A stretch of 64,000 nt of DNA from Azolla caroliniana. Taxonomy: Eukaryota > Plantae > Polypodiophyta. The translations under genes and the position numbers were made by a program. The DNA is taken from positions 22,010,001 through 22,074,000 of the forward strand of contig JBHGNT010000007.1 in NCBI GenBank assembly GCA_043228905.1, in the 5' to 3' direction. Positions 1 to 14,319 of the stretch are shown one piece after another; positions within the stretch are counted from its first letter, which is position 1; every line of letters begins with the position of its first letter. The notes beneath the pieces are model-generated. The model made no database searches. It had not been told where the DNA came from and worked only from the letters and a program-made list of their open reading frames with translations.

Positions 1-287
1 TGAAATTGTCCATGGACCCCTCTGTTGTTTAAGTTTCTTTTTCTTCTACTTTCTTTCTTTCTTTTTTTATTTCTTCTTCATCACTTTTCCTCTTTTCTTC
101 TTTCTTCTTTCTCCTTCTTCTCTTTTGATTGTTGTCCTGTATGTGTTTTGCTAACTCTGATTTCCACGTTCTCAATTATTTGTTTATGTGAATTCCTTTC
201 CCTCTTCTTTTCTCCTTCGGTCATTCGAATGTTATTTGGCCGGCTTTCCCTTGGTCACATCTTGGTTGACCCTCGGTCGTCACTTTA

Positions 288-462
288 TGTGAATCAGGAG
301 GCAACTGGGGTTGAACCGTTAACCTATCGTACTACAAACGATTGCTCTACCACTGAGATATACACCCGGGCACAAAAGAAATATCACGTCCAAAACTCCA
401 TTGATTCATGTACAAGTCTTCTAGTGGAATGATTATCTCGTTTCACACACCTCCATCGATTC
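288..462 (-). repeat. Isolated, inverted remnant of the tRNA-Cys-derived satellite (B-type unit plus spacer)
   Basis: Reverse complement reads cccgggtgtatatctcagtggtagagcaatcgtttgtagtacgataggttaacggttcaacccc, matching B units of the arrays at 25.5-28.9 kb and 48.9-61.4 kb; opposite orientation to them. Confidence 0.85.
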
Positions 463-704
463 TTATGTGTATTTGTATGCGGTAATGTATTTGAGAATCT
501 ATAGATTCGTGCTTGACAAACAACACAGAAGTATCGACTAGAAAGTAGACGCGATATCAACTTTAATGGACGCTCTATTAGTCATCTCTCTCTCTCTCTC
601 TCTCTGAGACTCGTTACAAAAGTTATCAAGATATCTTACAACGGTAGGTTATTGCTTATATACTAAGTGTCACGACACAACGACATCAAGTACATAGTTA
701 GTGA

Positions 705-758
705 GGATTGAACCTGCAACCTCACATTTAGAGGACATCATGCTCAACCATTTTGACA
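705..758 (-). promoter_or_regulatory. Degenerate tRNA-like A/B-box module in the 5' LTR of element 668-7041
   Basis: Minus strand TGTCAAAATGG (758-748) ... GGTTCAATCC (714-705) at tRNA-like spacing; the B-box part is deleted from the 3' LTR at ~6602. Confidence 0.45.
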
Positions 759-798
759 TGAGCATACATTTGTATATAATACATAGTCTAGCTTATAG

Positions 799-3677
799 TT
801 TTGGGAAATCGGTCTCTCCAGATAGAACCTGGTGATGAATAAAGAGGACCCGATAAGAATCAGAAGAGAGCCAGTAAGAACCGGAAGAGAAGACAGATTT
901 GTAAATATGCCTTGAATAAGCCCATTGAGGCTATAGTTGTAAATAGCCCTAAGTTCATATAACTATAAATATGACTTTGGGCAATCACTTTATGCGTGTG
1001 ATTGCATTGTTGTGATATTGTTGTAACTGTTGTACAGAGAGAGAGAGAGATATACATAGTGATAATCTGTTGTAGCCACCACTATGTGAAGAAACAGAGC
1101 TCAAGGTCGTTGCCTCTGAGTCTTTGATTGTATTTTCCTCTCTTTATTGTGATAGTTCGGAGTTTGTGGACTCCCGTGGTTTTTCCCTATTAGGGTTTTC
1201 CACGTAAACATCTTGTGTCATTTTTCTTGTGTACTCTCCACTTCCCATTTTTGTGTTTGGGTCTTAAGGAGTGATTTACTACTCGGTTGTGGCTGAGCGA
1301 TATTCTGCGCGTTTACTCATCAAAGTGGTATCAGAGCAAACAACACAGAAAATGGAAGAATCTTACGGCGGCATGTTCAAGCTCATCGGCTCCAACTACT
1401 CAGTGTGGAAGTCGAAGATGAGGGACATGCTGGTGGTTAAAGATCTTTGGTTGCCGGTTCAGTTCGGGGACAAGAGATCGAATAAGATCGACGCCACAGT
1501 GTGGGAGGTGATGCACATGAAGACGACAACATACATCCAGTGCTTCTTCAACATGAGCATGTACAACAACTTCAATGAAGAGAGCAAGGCTCGTGAGCTC
1601 TGGGAGAAGATCAACATTATGTTTCTGAACAAAAAATGACGTTAATTGGGTTTCGGTATTCCGGAAGCTAGTGAGGCTCCGGTACCAGGACGGCTCCAGC
1701 ATGGCGGAGCACATGAATGCCTTCCAGGGGCTGATACACCAAGCAACCTGGTTGGAAGTACCTTTCACCGATGAGGTACTTGCTCTACTCCTGCCCGGTT
1801 CCCTCCCGGATAACTGGGAGACGTTAGTTGTCATGTTGGGCAACGCCGGGCTGGAAGGAAAACAATTGTCCCTAGCAAGGGTAAAATTAAGCTTCCTAGA
1901 TGAAGAAGCTCGTTGGAAGGACCGGGAGTCCGGAACTAATCTGAAGGCCCTAGTCACGGAAGATGACCACAACCGGGGAAGACGCCGGGATCGGAGTCCC
2001 CAGAACCGGGAAAAGTCGGGGACACAGTCAAAATCAAGGGGGAGGCCCACTTGCTTCTATTGCGGCATTTTCGAAGAACTGTCGGCATTTTCGGAAAGAC
2101 AAGGGAACCGACAGTACCAATTCGAAGAAGTCACCGGACTGAAACGGTTTGGATCGGCGAGGCCTGGACCGAAAGGGAACGACGGAGATCACGGCAAGTG
2201 AAGAAGAACTAATGCTCATCACCGAGGAGAGTGAGTTGAACCTTGCTGTCGACGAGGCAACGTGGGTTGTCGATTCCAGAGCGTCGTTCCACCTTACCCT
2301 GGACAGGAAATGCTTCTTACCCTACACAGTCGGTGAGCACGATTGTGTCCAGATGGGGAATGAAGGGACATGCCGAATTATCGGCATAGGAGATGTGATG
2401 TTGACGACATCAACCGGATGCAAGTTGTTATTGAAGGATGTCCAACACGTTCCGGAGGTTCAACTAAACCTGATATCAGCCGGTCGGCTAGATGATGAAG
2501 GCTACACAGGTAGCATCCAGAATGGTGTCATGAAGTTCTGCAGAGGGAGCTTAATAGTGGTTCGACCCCGGAAGGTCGATACATTGTACTTGATGAATGC
2601 CTGGATATGCCGAGAAGAAGTGAACGTAGCATCTGACACTGGCGGTGAGTTGTGGCACAAAAGACTGTGTCACATGAGTGAGAAGGGGATGAAGAGGCTT
2701 GCCGAAGACAACCTCATTCCAGTGAAGGATGTGCAACATGAGAAGCGCACTGATTGCCTGGCTGGCAAGCAAAACCGCACCTCCTTCCGGTCAAGACCAC
2801 CGATGAGACGGAATGCACCACTAGAGCTGGTGCATACCGATGTGTGTCAAGTCGACACGAAGTCACATGCTGGATCGCAGTACTTCGTGACGTTCATAGA
2901 CGGCCACATCCGGAAGTTGTGGGTCTCACCGTTGAAGACAAAGGACCAAGTGTTATCCGTCTTCAAGGAGCTCCACGCGAGAGTGGAAAGAGAAACCGGC
3001 CGGAAGCTGAAAGCGGTTTGAGCAGATAACGGAGGAGAATATCGGGGGCAATTCGAGGAGTACTACCGATCGAAGGGAATCCGGCTCGAATTCACCGTGC
3101 CGAAGACGTCGAAACTAAACGGGTTGGCCGAAAGGATGAACCGGACCATAATTGAGAGAGTTTGGAGCATGCTCGCACATGCCAAGTTACTCAAGACGTT
3201 TTGGGCTGAGGCACTGATGACGGCGACCTATGTGATAAACATATCACCCTCAGTACCCTTGGACGGAGACTCACCGCAAAAAGTATGGACCGGTAAGGAT
3301 GTGTCTTACCAGCATCTAAAGGTGTTCGGGTGTCTCGCATACGTGCATGTGGCGAAGGACAAGAGAGCAAAGCTAGATCCAAAGTCCCGACCATGCATAT
3401 TCCTTGGATACGGCGATGATGAGTTTGGTTACCGGGTGTGGGATCTGGTTGACAGAAAGGTGTTCCAAAGTCGGGACATAGTCTTCATGGAAGATAGGAG
3501 CATTGCTGATTGGGAGTCGGAGAAGAAGGTAACGAACCCCAGATCACCCTTTGAAAACCGTCTTGAGGACAAAGGGATATACTCGGTTGAAAACCGGATG
3601 TTAACCGGTAACCGGATGACACTCGACGAACCGGCTGGATACGGACAGGAAACCGAACCGACCGAAGAAGAAGAAGT
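799..3677 (+). mobile_element. Ty1/copia element, 5' half only (LTR 799-1322, PBS 1326-1337)
   Basis: PBS TGGTATCAGAGC (tRNA-iMet); LTR is the inverse match of 4993-5537; gag, protease, GAG-pre-integrase and integrase present; no RT or 3' LTR. Confidence 0.92.
1352..3677 (+). pseudogene. gag-pol: copia gag-protease-integrase polyprotein, frameshifted and truncated
   Basis: ORF pieces 1271-1639, 1671-2201, 2149-3021, 3097-3729 contain NYSVWK (gag), CFYCG, WVVDSRASFH (protease), LWHKRLCH, LELVHTDVC, NGLAERMNRT and SRPCIFLGY (integrase). Confidence 0.9.
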
Positions 3678-5537
3678 ACGTTCACTTCTTCCTGGCATAT
3701 CCGAGCATTCATCAAGTACAATGTGTTGATCTTCTGGGCTCGAGCCACTATCAAGCTTCCCTTGTTGAACTTCATTACTCCGTTCCGGATGCTACCTGTC
3801 TAGCCTTCATCATCTAGCCAACTGGCTGATATCAAGTTCCGACGAACCTCCGAAATGTGTCGGACATCCTTCAGTAGAAACTTGCATCCGGTTGATGTCG
3901 TCAACAACACGTCTCCTATGCCGATAATTCGGCATGTACCTTCATTTCCCATTCGGACACGACCATGATTGTTGGCTGTGTAGGATGAGAAGCATCTCCC
4001 GTCCGGTGTCAGGTGGAATGACGCTTCGGAATCGACAACCCATGTTGTATCATCACCGACAAGGTTTAACTCATTCTCTTCGGTAATGAGCATCAGTTCT
4101 TCTTCACTTGTCGCAATCGCCGATGTTCCCTTCCGATCCGGGCCTCTCCTGTTCGAACCGTTTCGGTCCGAACTCTTCTTCGAATCGGTAGTGTCGGGTT
4201 CTTTCTCTTTCTGGAAATGCCGACAATTCTTCTGGAAGTGCCCTGGCTTCCCAGAGTAGAAGCAAGTAGGCCTCCCCCTTGACTTCGACCTCGTCCCCGA
4301 CTTGTCTCGGTTTTGGGGACTCCGATACTGGCCTCTTCCCCAGTTGTGGTCATCTTCCGTGACCAAGGCCTTCAGATCGGTTCCGGACTCTCGGTCCTTC
4401 CGGCGAGCTTCTTCATCTAGCAAGCTTAATTTTACCCTCACTAGGGACAACTGTTTTCCTTCCGGCCCGGCGTTGCCGAACGTGACAACTAACGTCTCCC
4501 AGTTATCTGGGAGGGAACCGAGCAGGAGCAATGCGAGTACCTCATCGGAGAGAGGTACTTCCAACAAGGTTGCTTGATGTATCAGCACCTGGAAGGCATT
4601 CATGTGCTCTGTCATACTGGAGCCGTCCTGGTATCGGAGCCTCACTAGCTTCCGGAGTACCAAAACCCGATTGACAGCATTCTTATTCTGGAACATGATG
4701 TTGATCTTCTCCTTGAGTTCATGAGCCTTGCTCTCTTCATTGAAGTTGTTGTATAGGCTCATGTCGATGAAACACCGGATGTATGTCTCCGTCTTCATGT
4801 GCATCACCTCCCACACTGTGGTGTCGATCTTATCCGGTCTCTTGTCCCCGAATTGAACTGACAACCAAAGATCTTTAACCACCAGCATGTCCCTCATCTT
4901 CGACTTCCACACTGAGTAGTTGGAGTTGGTGAGCTTGAACATGCCGCCGAATGACTCTTCTATTTCCTGTCTTATTTTCTCTGATACCAATTTGTGAAGA
5001 ATAGCGCGGAATATCGCTCGGCCACAACCGAGTCTTGAATCACAGAAATGGGAATGAACGAGAGAGTACACAGAAAATGACACAGGATGTTTACGTGGAA
5101 AACCCTAATAGGGAAAATCTATGGGAGCTCATGGACTCCAACTATCACTATATGAGAGGAAACACAAAGTGGAGGCATAGAGGCAACGACCTTGTGCTTG
5201 CGATCTTCACCAGACGGCGGTTACAACGGAGAGTGCTCGTAGCTACTCTCTCTCTCTCTCTCTCTCTCTCTTTGTACAGTAGTTATGGACATACAACAAT
5301 ATGACAATCACAACAACAACACACACTAAAGTGATTGCCCTAAGTCATATTTATACTTATATGAACTTAGGGCTATTTACAAATATAGCCTCAATAGGCT
5401 TGCTCAAAACATATTTACAGATATGTCTCTCTTCCGGTTCCCACCGGGCCTCCTCCGGTTTCCAGATCTTTTCCGGTTCTCACCGGGTCCTCTTCATTCA
5501 TCACCGGGTCCCATCTGGAGGGACCGGTTTCCCAACA
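3678..5537 (-). mobile_element. Second Ty1/copia of the same family, inverted, 5' part only (LTR 4993-5537, PBS 4979-4989)
   Basis: Minus strand LTR starts TGTTGGGAAACCGG at 5537; TGGTATCAGAG PBS; ORF 3800-5083 is gag-zinc knuckle-protease, colinear with but diverged from the 1352 copy. Confidence 0.92.
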
Positions 5538-6133
5538 CTAGCCTCGTCACATCTAACTCCAAGTTCATCCGTCGCTCGTAGCCCCATCATCTGTGCTCCG
5601 TCCTAGTCTGCGCTTGGTGTGTTTGTAACAGTTTGAATCCCTTCCAATTGGGAGCACCACCCATCTTCGTCATCGCCTTTGCTTCTAGAGTTACCGTCAT
5701 CATTTTCAGCACCTCTTTGCCCAACCTTTATAGTCATCAAGACTACTTTGCATGGTCTTTCATCGTCATCATTATTCCACCCTCTTCATTGTTATTGTTA
5801 TCATCTATAGGCATCATTTTGCATCACTATTTTGGTGAGGATTGGTGGGGGTCACAACCGCTCACTTTCCTGGTGTGGATTGGATCATCGCTCAGTTGCA
5901 CTCCATTTTCATTTTAGTTGAAGTCTCGCTCCACTTTCCTTTGGCGAGGATTGATTTTGATCGCTCATCTTCTCGTTCCGGTGGGGGTCACAACCACTCA
6001 ATTTCCTGGTGGGGATCGCGTTAGTTTCTCACTAGCGCTACCGTTTGTGTCGTGTTTTGGGTCAACCTAGACTATTTACACTCTCATAATAGAAGAAGTC
6101 AAGTTGACCACTTCACTTGCACTCCTTCGCCTG

Positions 6134-6500
6134 TTCGAGTTCCCCATGAGGGCCGCATGGTTGTTCACGCACATTTGTGTTCGAGTTCCTGGTGATGAGG
6201 GTTGTATGGTCGCGCACGTTCGTTCGTGTTCGAGTTCCCAGTGATGAGGGTTGTATGGTCGCGCACGTTCGTTCGTGTTCGAGTTCCCGGTGAGGGCCGC
6301 ATGGTCGCTCATTCCCGTTCGTGTTCCCCATGAGGACCACACATGGTCGCTCACATAGGGGTTCTAATCTCCGGTGAGGACTGTACATGGTCGCTCACAC
6401 CAGTTCATGTTCAGTTCTTGGTGAGAGCTGCATGGTCGCTCATGTCTGTTCGTGTTCCAGTCTCCAGTGAGGACAACATATGGTTCCTCACGCCCGTCGG
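6134..6500. repeat. ~45-55 bp degenerate tandem repeat inside the non-autonomous LTR element
   Basis: Recurring gttcgagttccc...gtgagg...catggtcgc(g/t)cac units, about 7-8 copies. Confidence 0.85.
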
Positions 6501-7697
6501 TGCTCCAATTCTCGTCCACCCCTACACCAAGCTTTCGAAAAGACGTCCGTAAAGGAGTGGATAATGTGACGACGCAGTGACATCAAGTACATAGTTAGTG
6601 AGCTCAACCATTTTGACATGAGCATACATTTGTATATAATAGGGTAGTATTCTATAGTCTAGCGTATAGTACATTTCATAATCAGAATATTCTAGTCATT
6701 AGTATATTCTAGAGATATTGTATGGTATATTCTAGATGAGTATATCCTGGAGATATTTCTCAAGTATATTCTAGATATATTCAATCTCGGAACTTGTATA
6801 AATACTTGTAACCTCCGTGGTCTCTTTCAAGGGATTCAACAGTAGTCATTGACACATCAATCTAGTATTCTTGTTTTGCCTCATCTTTGTCTCCTTGATA
6901 TTTATTTCTGTCTTCATTCCCTCATGTCGCACACAACATCTAGAGTTCCTAGCCTCGTCACATCTAACTCCAAGTTCATCCGTCGCTCGTAGCCCCGTCA
7001 TCTGTGCTCCATCCTAGTCCGCGCTTGGTGTGTCTGTGACACTAAGCCCTAACTATATGGACGAGTTCACACTAGGATACAAGGTGGAAGGAGTCGACCT
7101 TTTATGCCAACAAACTCCCCCGTAAAAGGACTACTCTTTCCTACATGTACATGTATTTGGGGTTATCTTCCCCATAAACCTAGATTACAAAATTAATCTA
7201 AATTTATATTACAAGTCGATCGGCATATGGCCGAATCGGTAGAGGTCTAGAATGTGTCGTCATGGTTGATCCGATTAGCTCTCACCTTCTGCTCTTCGTT
7301 CAGCTTTTCTCCTGCTTGGTCACTTGTCGTAGTCCCATCTCTGTCCTTAGTGCTCCGAAATGTTGATCTGGGAGTGGTTTTGTCAAGCAATCGGCGATGT
7401 TCACCTTGGTGTCAATCTTCCGAACTTCGAGCTTCTTCTTTGTTATGAGCTCCCGAATGTGATGATACAACACCTCAATGTGCTTTGTCTTTGCATGATA
7501 GACAAGATTGTTGATGAGGTGTATTGCACTCTGTGAGTTGCAATAGATCGTTGATAATGGTCATTCGATTCGGCTTGTAGTTGAGAAGTCGGCAGACAAT
7601 TGGTGCAACCAGATCGCTTCGTTCGCTTCCTCTGATGTTGCTATGTACTCGGCCTCTGTGGTTGACAGAATCGTGCACTCTTGAAGTTTCCTTTGAT

Positions 7698-8292
7698 CTA
7701 GTAATGGGCCCGGTTTCGGCTTAAACCGAACCGAACCGTTAAACCATGGTTTAACGGTTTATAAGTTCCAAAATAATTAAATGGTTTGGTTTGGTTTGAA
7801 TTAATAATAAACGGTTCGGTTTCAGTTCGGTTTGGTTTTGAAACTAGGGTTTATAGGTTTATAGGTTTGGTTTATAGGTTTATAGGTTTTTGGGCTATCT
7901 TTTTTTATTCATTAAATGTTTATGTAATTTAATGGTTTAATTAATGTTTTTCATTGGTTTAATTCACTTAACTTAATTGTTTATTTAATCTAATGGCTCA
8001 ATTAATCTTATTTATTTATTTATTTATTTTAATATAAATGCTTATTTAGTTTTGTGTATTTTTATTTAATTAATTTTTTAATTAGCTTGGCATAAACGTG
8101 GTTAGGTTTAAACTTTTTATTAAATGGTTCGGTTTGGTTTTAACTTTTCCCTAAATGGTTTAGTTTACCTTTTTTTTTAAATGGTTTGGTTTAAATGTTC
8201 TAATGTTCATAAAGGTTTGGTTTGGTTTTTGTTTTATATAAACAGTTTGGTTTGGTTTCAAGGCACCGAAACCGAACTGGGCCCATTGCCAG
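7698..8292. mobile_element. MITE, probably hAT-related
   Basis: Imperfect TIRs CTAGTAATGGGCCCGGTT / AACTGGGCCCATTGCCAG, many subterminal AACCG/CGGTT motifs, AT-rich core; no TSD found. Confidence 0.7.
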
Positions 8293-9524
8293 TCAGATTA
8301 GCGGTATCCAAGTTGCCTGATGTAGGAGTCAAACTTCTGGTACCACATCCTCGGTGCTTGTTTCATGCCATATAGACTTTTCTTTAACCGACATACGAGG
8401 TGACTGTCCTCCCCCGTCGCCATGAAGCCTCTCGGTAGAGACATATAGATGGGTAAAAGCATGCGAGTGGAAACACTATTATAGCTAATTAGCTACTAAA
8501 ATGGCCACAGCTAATTAGCTATTTGTTTAGCTAGTTTTTTGTGGGAAAATCATAAGGATGGTTTATGAAATTTTATGTTTATTAGTTAAATACATGTCAT
8601 TTAATTTATGAGAATACTCAAATATTTGAACTTTGGTTTTCTAACGTAGTGGAACTTGGGGAATAGTGCCATCATCTAAGGTCGACTTAAATGTCATCAA
8701 ATTCCTGATAATCCTGAGTTCGAGTTCGAACTCCAAACAGATGGAGTACTCTAAGCATGAACGCAGATGAAGCTCCCGCAGCAACACAAAAACTCTGAGA
8801 TCGACATTGCACCTTTACAGCTACAACACACGACCAAGTTGATCCTCGTCCAGGTATGTATCATTTACATATTAAAAAAACTTTTTTTTTCCTTTATGAT
8901 AACGGCTATAACTTTGGTGCATGTTCATCTTTGCCAAAAATTGAATAGGGCGAAGTCATTGGAGTCCCAAACAAGGATGTCTCGAAGATCGGGGTGTAGC
9001 AGCATGTCTGTTTCTGATTGAGAGAATTTCATATTACAGTTTATTTTTGCCTTTAATGATTATTAGGGTTTGTGTTTCCCTTAAGTGGTTTAGGGTTTCT
9101 GATTACAAATTTCAGATTGCAAGTTTCTGGTTACAAATTTCTGATTACTGTCGCAATGTGTTGTAATTTAGCAGCAATTCTCATGACAAATTCTGATTAG
9201 GGTTTCTGATTTTTTAAGTGGTTGATTTCTGATACATGTTGAAAAGGACAGATTACAAATTTCAGATTACAGTCTCAAAGTCTCGGGGGCTTCACTGTCA
9301 AAACTTGTATGATAGCACGTGAGTTCATCAAAAGGGGTTTAAATTAATCAGTGAGATACAGAATATATATATAAGGGTATTAATAAGGATATGAAAATAT
9401 ATTTACATAAGGGTATCAATTATGCTCGAAAAAAAATTTACATAAGCCCGTGAAATATTAGATATTTCAATGAGATAGTAAAGAATGTATTATGCAAACA
9501 ATACTCAAATTTGGAGTAGCAATT

Positions 9525-11736
9525 ATACATACATACATACATACGCATGCATGCATCCATATATACCTACATTCAAACATTACATCCATGAATATGTATA
9601 TACATACATTACACCCATTTATACATGCATACTAACTAAACATAAATATATGTATATATATATATAACCATATGTAAATATGTACATACACTTACATTCA
9701 TCCATTACATACTACATACATATTAGAATCGGCCATATATATTGACATACATATATACATAATACGTACATAAAAATTACATATTATATATGTATGTATG
9801 TATGTATACACATTCTTACAATTTACAAACATATTTTATATATTACATATTACACACAATTATATACAAATACAAATATACAAACCAAACAAAAATAAAT
9901 AAATTACATATTATATATATACACATATACACACATTCCATACATACAATCATAGAACGTAATATTCGTGTTCGTGCAAGCATTCAAACGTTTGGACACG
10001 AACACGTTTGAAATGGGAAAAATATGTTCTCCTTTTTTTTCGTTGTTTTCATTGATTATCAATACTATTTAGCTCATCCTAGTGGTAAGGAGTCATGATA
10101 TTGTTGTCTATGTCTTGGGTTTGATTCCCAACTTTCCCATCTCTTTCACTCTCTCTCATTAGTACCATGTCATAGCAAAATTTTATGTTAGTGTTATAAT
10201 AGTCTTTTTCTTTTTCTTTTTTTATTATTAGGACTAAACACAACCTAGTGGTAAGTTGTGTTACTATTACTTGTGTCTTGGGTTCAATTCCAAACTTTCT
10301 CATATCCTCTTGTTAGTGTCATGGCAAAATTTTATGTTAGTGTCATGTTCCTTTTTCTTTCTTTCTTTCTTTCTTTCTTTGTTATTAGAAATTAGGTCAC
10401 CCTAGTGGTAAGTTGTTATGCTACTACTGCCTATGTCATGTTTTCTTCATATTCTCGAATATACGTTTTATGAGTTTTTGAACGTTTGATTATAACTTAT
10501 AATGACATATTTTGATTCAATCTCTATAGTTCATACTCATTTTTTTGTAAAGTTCTAAAGTGAGGATGATAGAGATGTCTTGATTCGCAACCCAAAAGTA
10601 TGCATGTGATACAATGCAAATATTGCAACCATACTTATGTTGGTGGTTCACAATGGATTAGAGTCCACTTATTGGGATTGAGAGTGAATCAATATATAAT
10701 ATAGACCCTAGTCAATCCAATCCAACTTGTTAATCCAATCAACTTTGAGATGATTTACCATACACGTTTGATTGAATCATTCTCAAATGCGAATGCACAT
10801 ATGATACATATGGTTCATTTATGTATGATACAATATGTACATACACACACACAAACATAACACACATCACATATGCATACCACATACATGCATATATATA
10901 CCTACATTCATATATCACAACACATCACACATGCCTATATACCTACATTCAAACATTACATCCATGAATATGTATATACATACATTACACCCATTTATAC
11001 ATGCATATTGACTAAACATAAATACATGTACAAATATATATTACCATATGTAAATATGTACATACACATACATACATGCATTACATACTGCATACATATT
11101 AGAATCAACCATATATATTGAAAGAAAGAAAGAAAGATATATTAACGTCTTCTAAGACCAAAATTGGCCCATGAGACAATTGGTTTACAACAAAAATAAT
11201 GGGGTATTTACCCATTCATCGAAAGTAAAAACATATATATGTATTATGTATGTATTAACATACATATATACATAATACATGCAATAAAATTACATATTAC
11301 ATATATACATACACAAATGCATATATACATACAAAACACAAAAAATTAAATTACATATTATATATGTACACATACACATACATATTAATACCTACCGATT
11401 CACAGTTTTTTCCGTATTTTCACAGTTTTTTTGGGGTGGATGGAATCTGCTATCATTTGTAATTATATTTCTCAACTCAAAAAAAAAAACTGTGAAAATA
11501 CAGAAAAAACTATGAATTTACCAATTCCCTACATATATTACATATATGTATATCCACGTGCACACACACATAAATAAATTAGATATTACATAGCATATAA
11601 TCCATACCTATTACACAATATACAAATTTACACATACATATATAGATACATATAGATATATTACATATGTACAATACATATTCCACATATCACCATATAT
11701 ATAGATTATATTGGACCATACAAAGCACAAATACTT

Positions 11737-11775
<39 letters not shown>

Positions 11776-13136
11776 ATATATATATACTTACACATACATT
11801 GGATATATACATGCATTTTGCGTACATATTACAAACATACATCCATATACGAGCCATATACATACCAAACATGAAAATATCCCAAAAATATACATACATA
11901 AATTCATTACATGTATACACATACATACATTCATACATTTACATATACATATGACCACACACACACACACATATACATACATTGGATATATACATACATA
12001 TTATGCACATATTACAAACACATTCATACATTCATACATTTACATACATATGACCACATACATATACATACATTGGATATATACATACATATTATGCACA
12101 TATTACAAACACATTCATACAGTTACATACATATGACCACATACACACACACATATACATACACTATACATACATTGGATATATACATACATATTATGCA
12201 CATATTACAAACACATTCATACATTTACATACATATGACCACATACACACACACACACACATATACATACACATTCATACTCATTGAATGATGTATATTG
12301 ACATACACATATATGCATACACATACATACATTACATATGTACATACATGTTCGGATGTTCCACATATCACAATTTATATACGTACATATGCCTGCAATA
12401 TTATAAGTTTTACAAATAGACATCCATACACATAAATTCATTACATACACATGCATACATACATTACATATGTACATACATATCATCACCAACTACAATA
12501 AATACATATATACATACACATACATAATATATTATGAACAAACATCCACACACTCATGTATGCATATATGCAACCACTGTTACACATACATACATTACAT
12601 ATTACATATATACACATGTACATTCATGCATGTACATACATACATTGCATATGCATATATTACAATCACACATTCATATTCATTGAATCATGTACATTGA
12701 CATATGCATATATGCATATACATACATACATTACATATGCATACACATATGTACATTCATACATGGACATACCTATATTCATTTATACATTACTACATAT
12801 ACATACATTAGATATATACATAAATATTATGCACATATTACAATCACACATCCATACACATTGAATCATGTACATTGTCATATGGATATATGCATCCATA
12901 CACATACACACATACATAAATACTATGCATATATGCATACACATACGTACATTCGTACATGGACATACATATAGTCTTTTATACATACATACATATATTA
13001 GATATACACACATACGTGTATATATATATTACACATACACATACATACATATTACAAACAAACATCCACACACACATATATGCACATACATATAGTCTTT
13101 TATACATACATACATATATTAGATATACACACATAC

Positions 13137-13170
<34 letters not shown>

Positions 13171-14273
13171 CACATACACATACATACATATTACAAACAA
13201 ACATCCACACACACACATATGCACACACATGCAAATATACATACACATGTACATTCATACATGGACATGCATATATATCATTTATACACGTATCATGGAC
13301 ATTCATTTATGGTTACAATGATACGTGTATAAATTTTACAAACATACACTCATACACATACATACATATTCCACATATCAACATATATGTAGGTCACATG
13401 GGGTCATACAAACTAGAATATGTACATATATACATACATATTATGCACATATTACAAACAAACATCCACATACACACATTACATATTACATATATACACA
13501 TTCTACATTCATACATTACATATTATACATTAGATATATACACATATGTATGTATACATATATATGTTCATTCATACATACATACATACATTACATATTG
13601 CATATACATGTATGTACATTCATACATACATACATTACATATACATGTACATTATATACATATACATATACATATACATACATACATTCATGCAAGCATA
13701 CATGTGTACATATATTCATTCAATCATAAATACATACATTCATAGTCAACATAACATTGATACATTCACACTTTTTAATTTTGAGTTTTGCCGCCTCATT
13801 TTGCCGCCTAATGCTGCCTCCTCTACTCTTGTTTTTGCCGCCGTTGTTCTCCTCTTTGTTGTTCCCTCTATTCTCCTCGTTTTTGTTGCTTCTACTCTCC
13901 TTGCAACTTCCTTTGTTCTCTTCATATTGTCATTGCCGCCTCTGCTCACCTCGTTGTACTACCTTATCTTGCCTCGTTGTGCCGCCGTTGGTGGCCTCTA
14001 TCCTAGAGGATTGCTGCCACAACTACTGTTCATAAAATATTTACAGGTAGGTAAAAGAAATACACACACAGACACAACACATACATGCATACACACATGC
14101 AATAGAATACATACATATGCACATGTATAGAATATATACTCTCACACACATACATATATACACATGCAATGCAATACATACATATGTACGTATATAGAAC
14201 ACGCACACACGCACACACACAACACATTCATACAAACACATGCAATATAATACATACATATGCACATGTATAG

Positions 14274-14319
<46 letters not shown>

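Larger units (their letters stand above)
668..7041 (+). mobile_element. Non-autonomous LTR retroelement (TRIM/LARD-like); 5' LTR 668-798 + 5538-5630, 3' LTR 6565-7041
   Basis: TGTCAC...GTGACA termini, perfect 5-bp TSD CTAAG (663-667, 7042-7046), PPT-like AAAGGAGTGGATAA before 6565, LTR segments match each other; ~930-bp internal region without recognisable gag/pol. Confidence 0.85.
466..8450 (-). mobile_element. Ty1/copia remnant (3' LTR split by a nested insertion; RT and RNase H fragments)
   Basis: Minus strand 8450-8293 reads IYMSLPRGF...LVCRLKKSLYGMKQAPRMWYQKFDSY (copia RT); 7690-7450 reads KLQECTILSTTEAEYIA...KTKHIEVLYHHIRE (copia RNase H); PPT GGGGGAG then LTR start TGTTGGC at 7112. 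The LTR continues left of the CTAAG TSD; its left boundary (~466) is approximate. Confidence 0.8.

Noticed and set aside
25-432. 135-aa Phe/Leu/Ser-rich ORF
   Set aside because: T-rich low-complexity DNA running into the inverted satellite remnant.
8650-9000. Two exon-like segments with AG/GT borders near the left Sola-like end
   Set aside because: The joined peptide is short and unrecognisable; cannot be supported as a gene.
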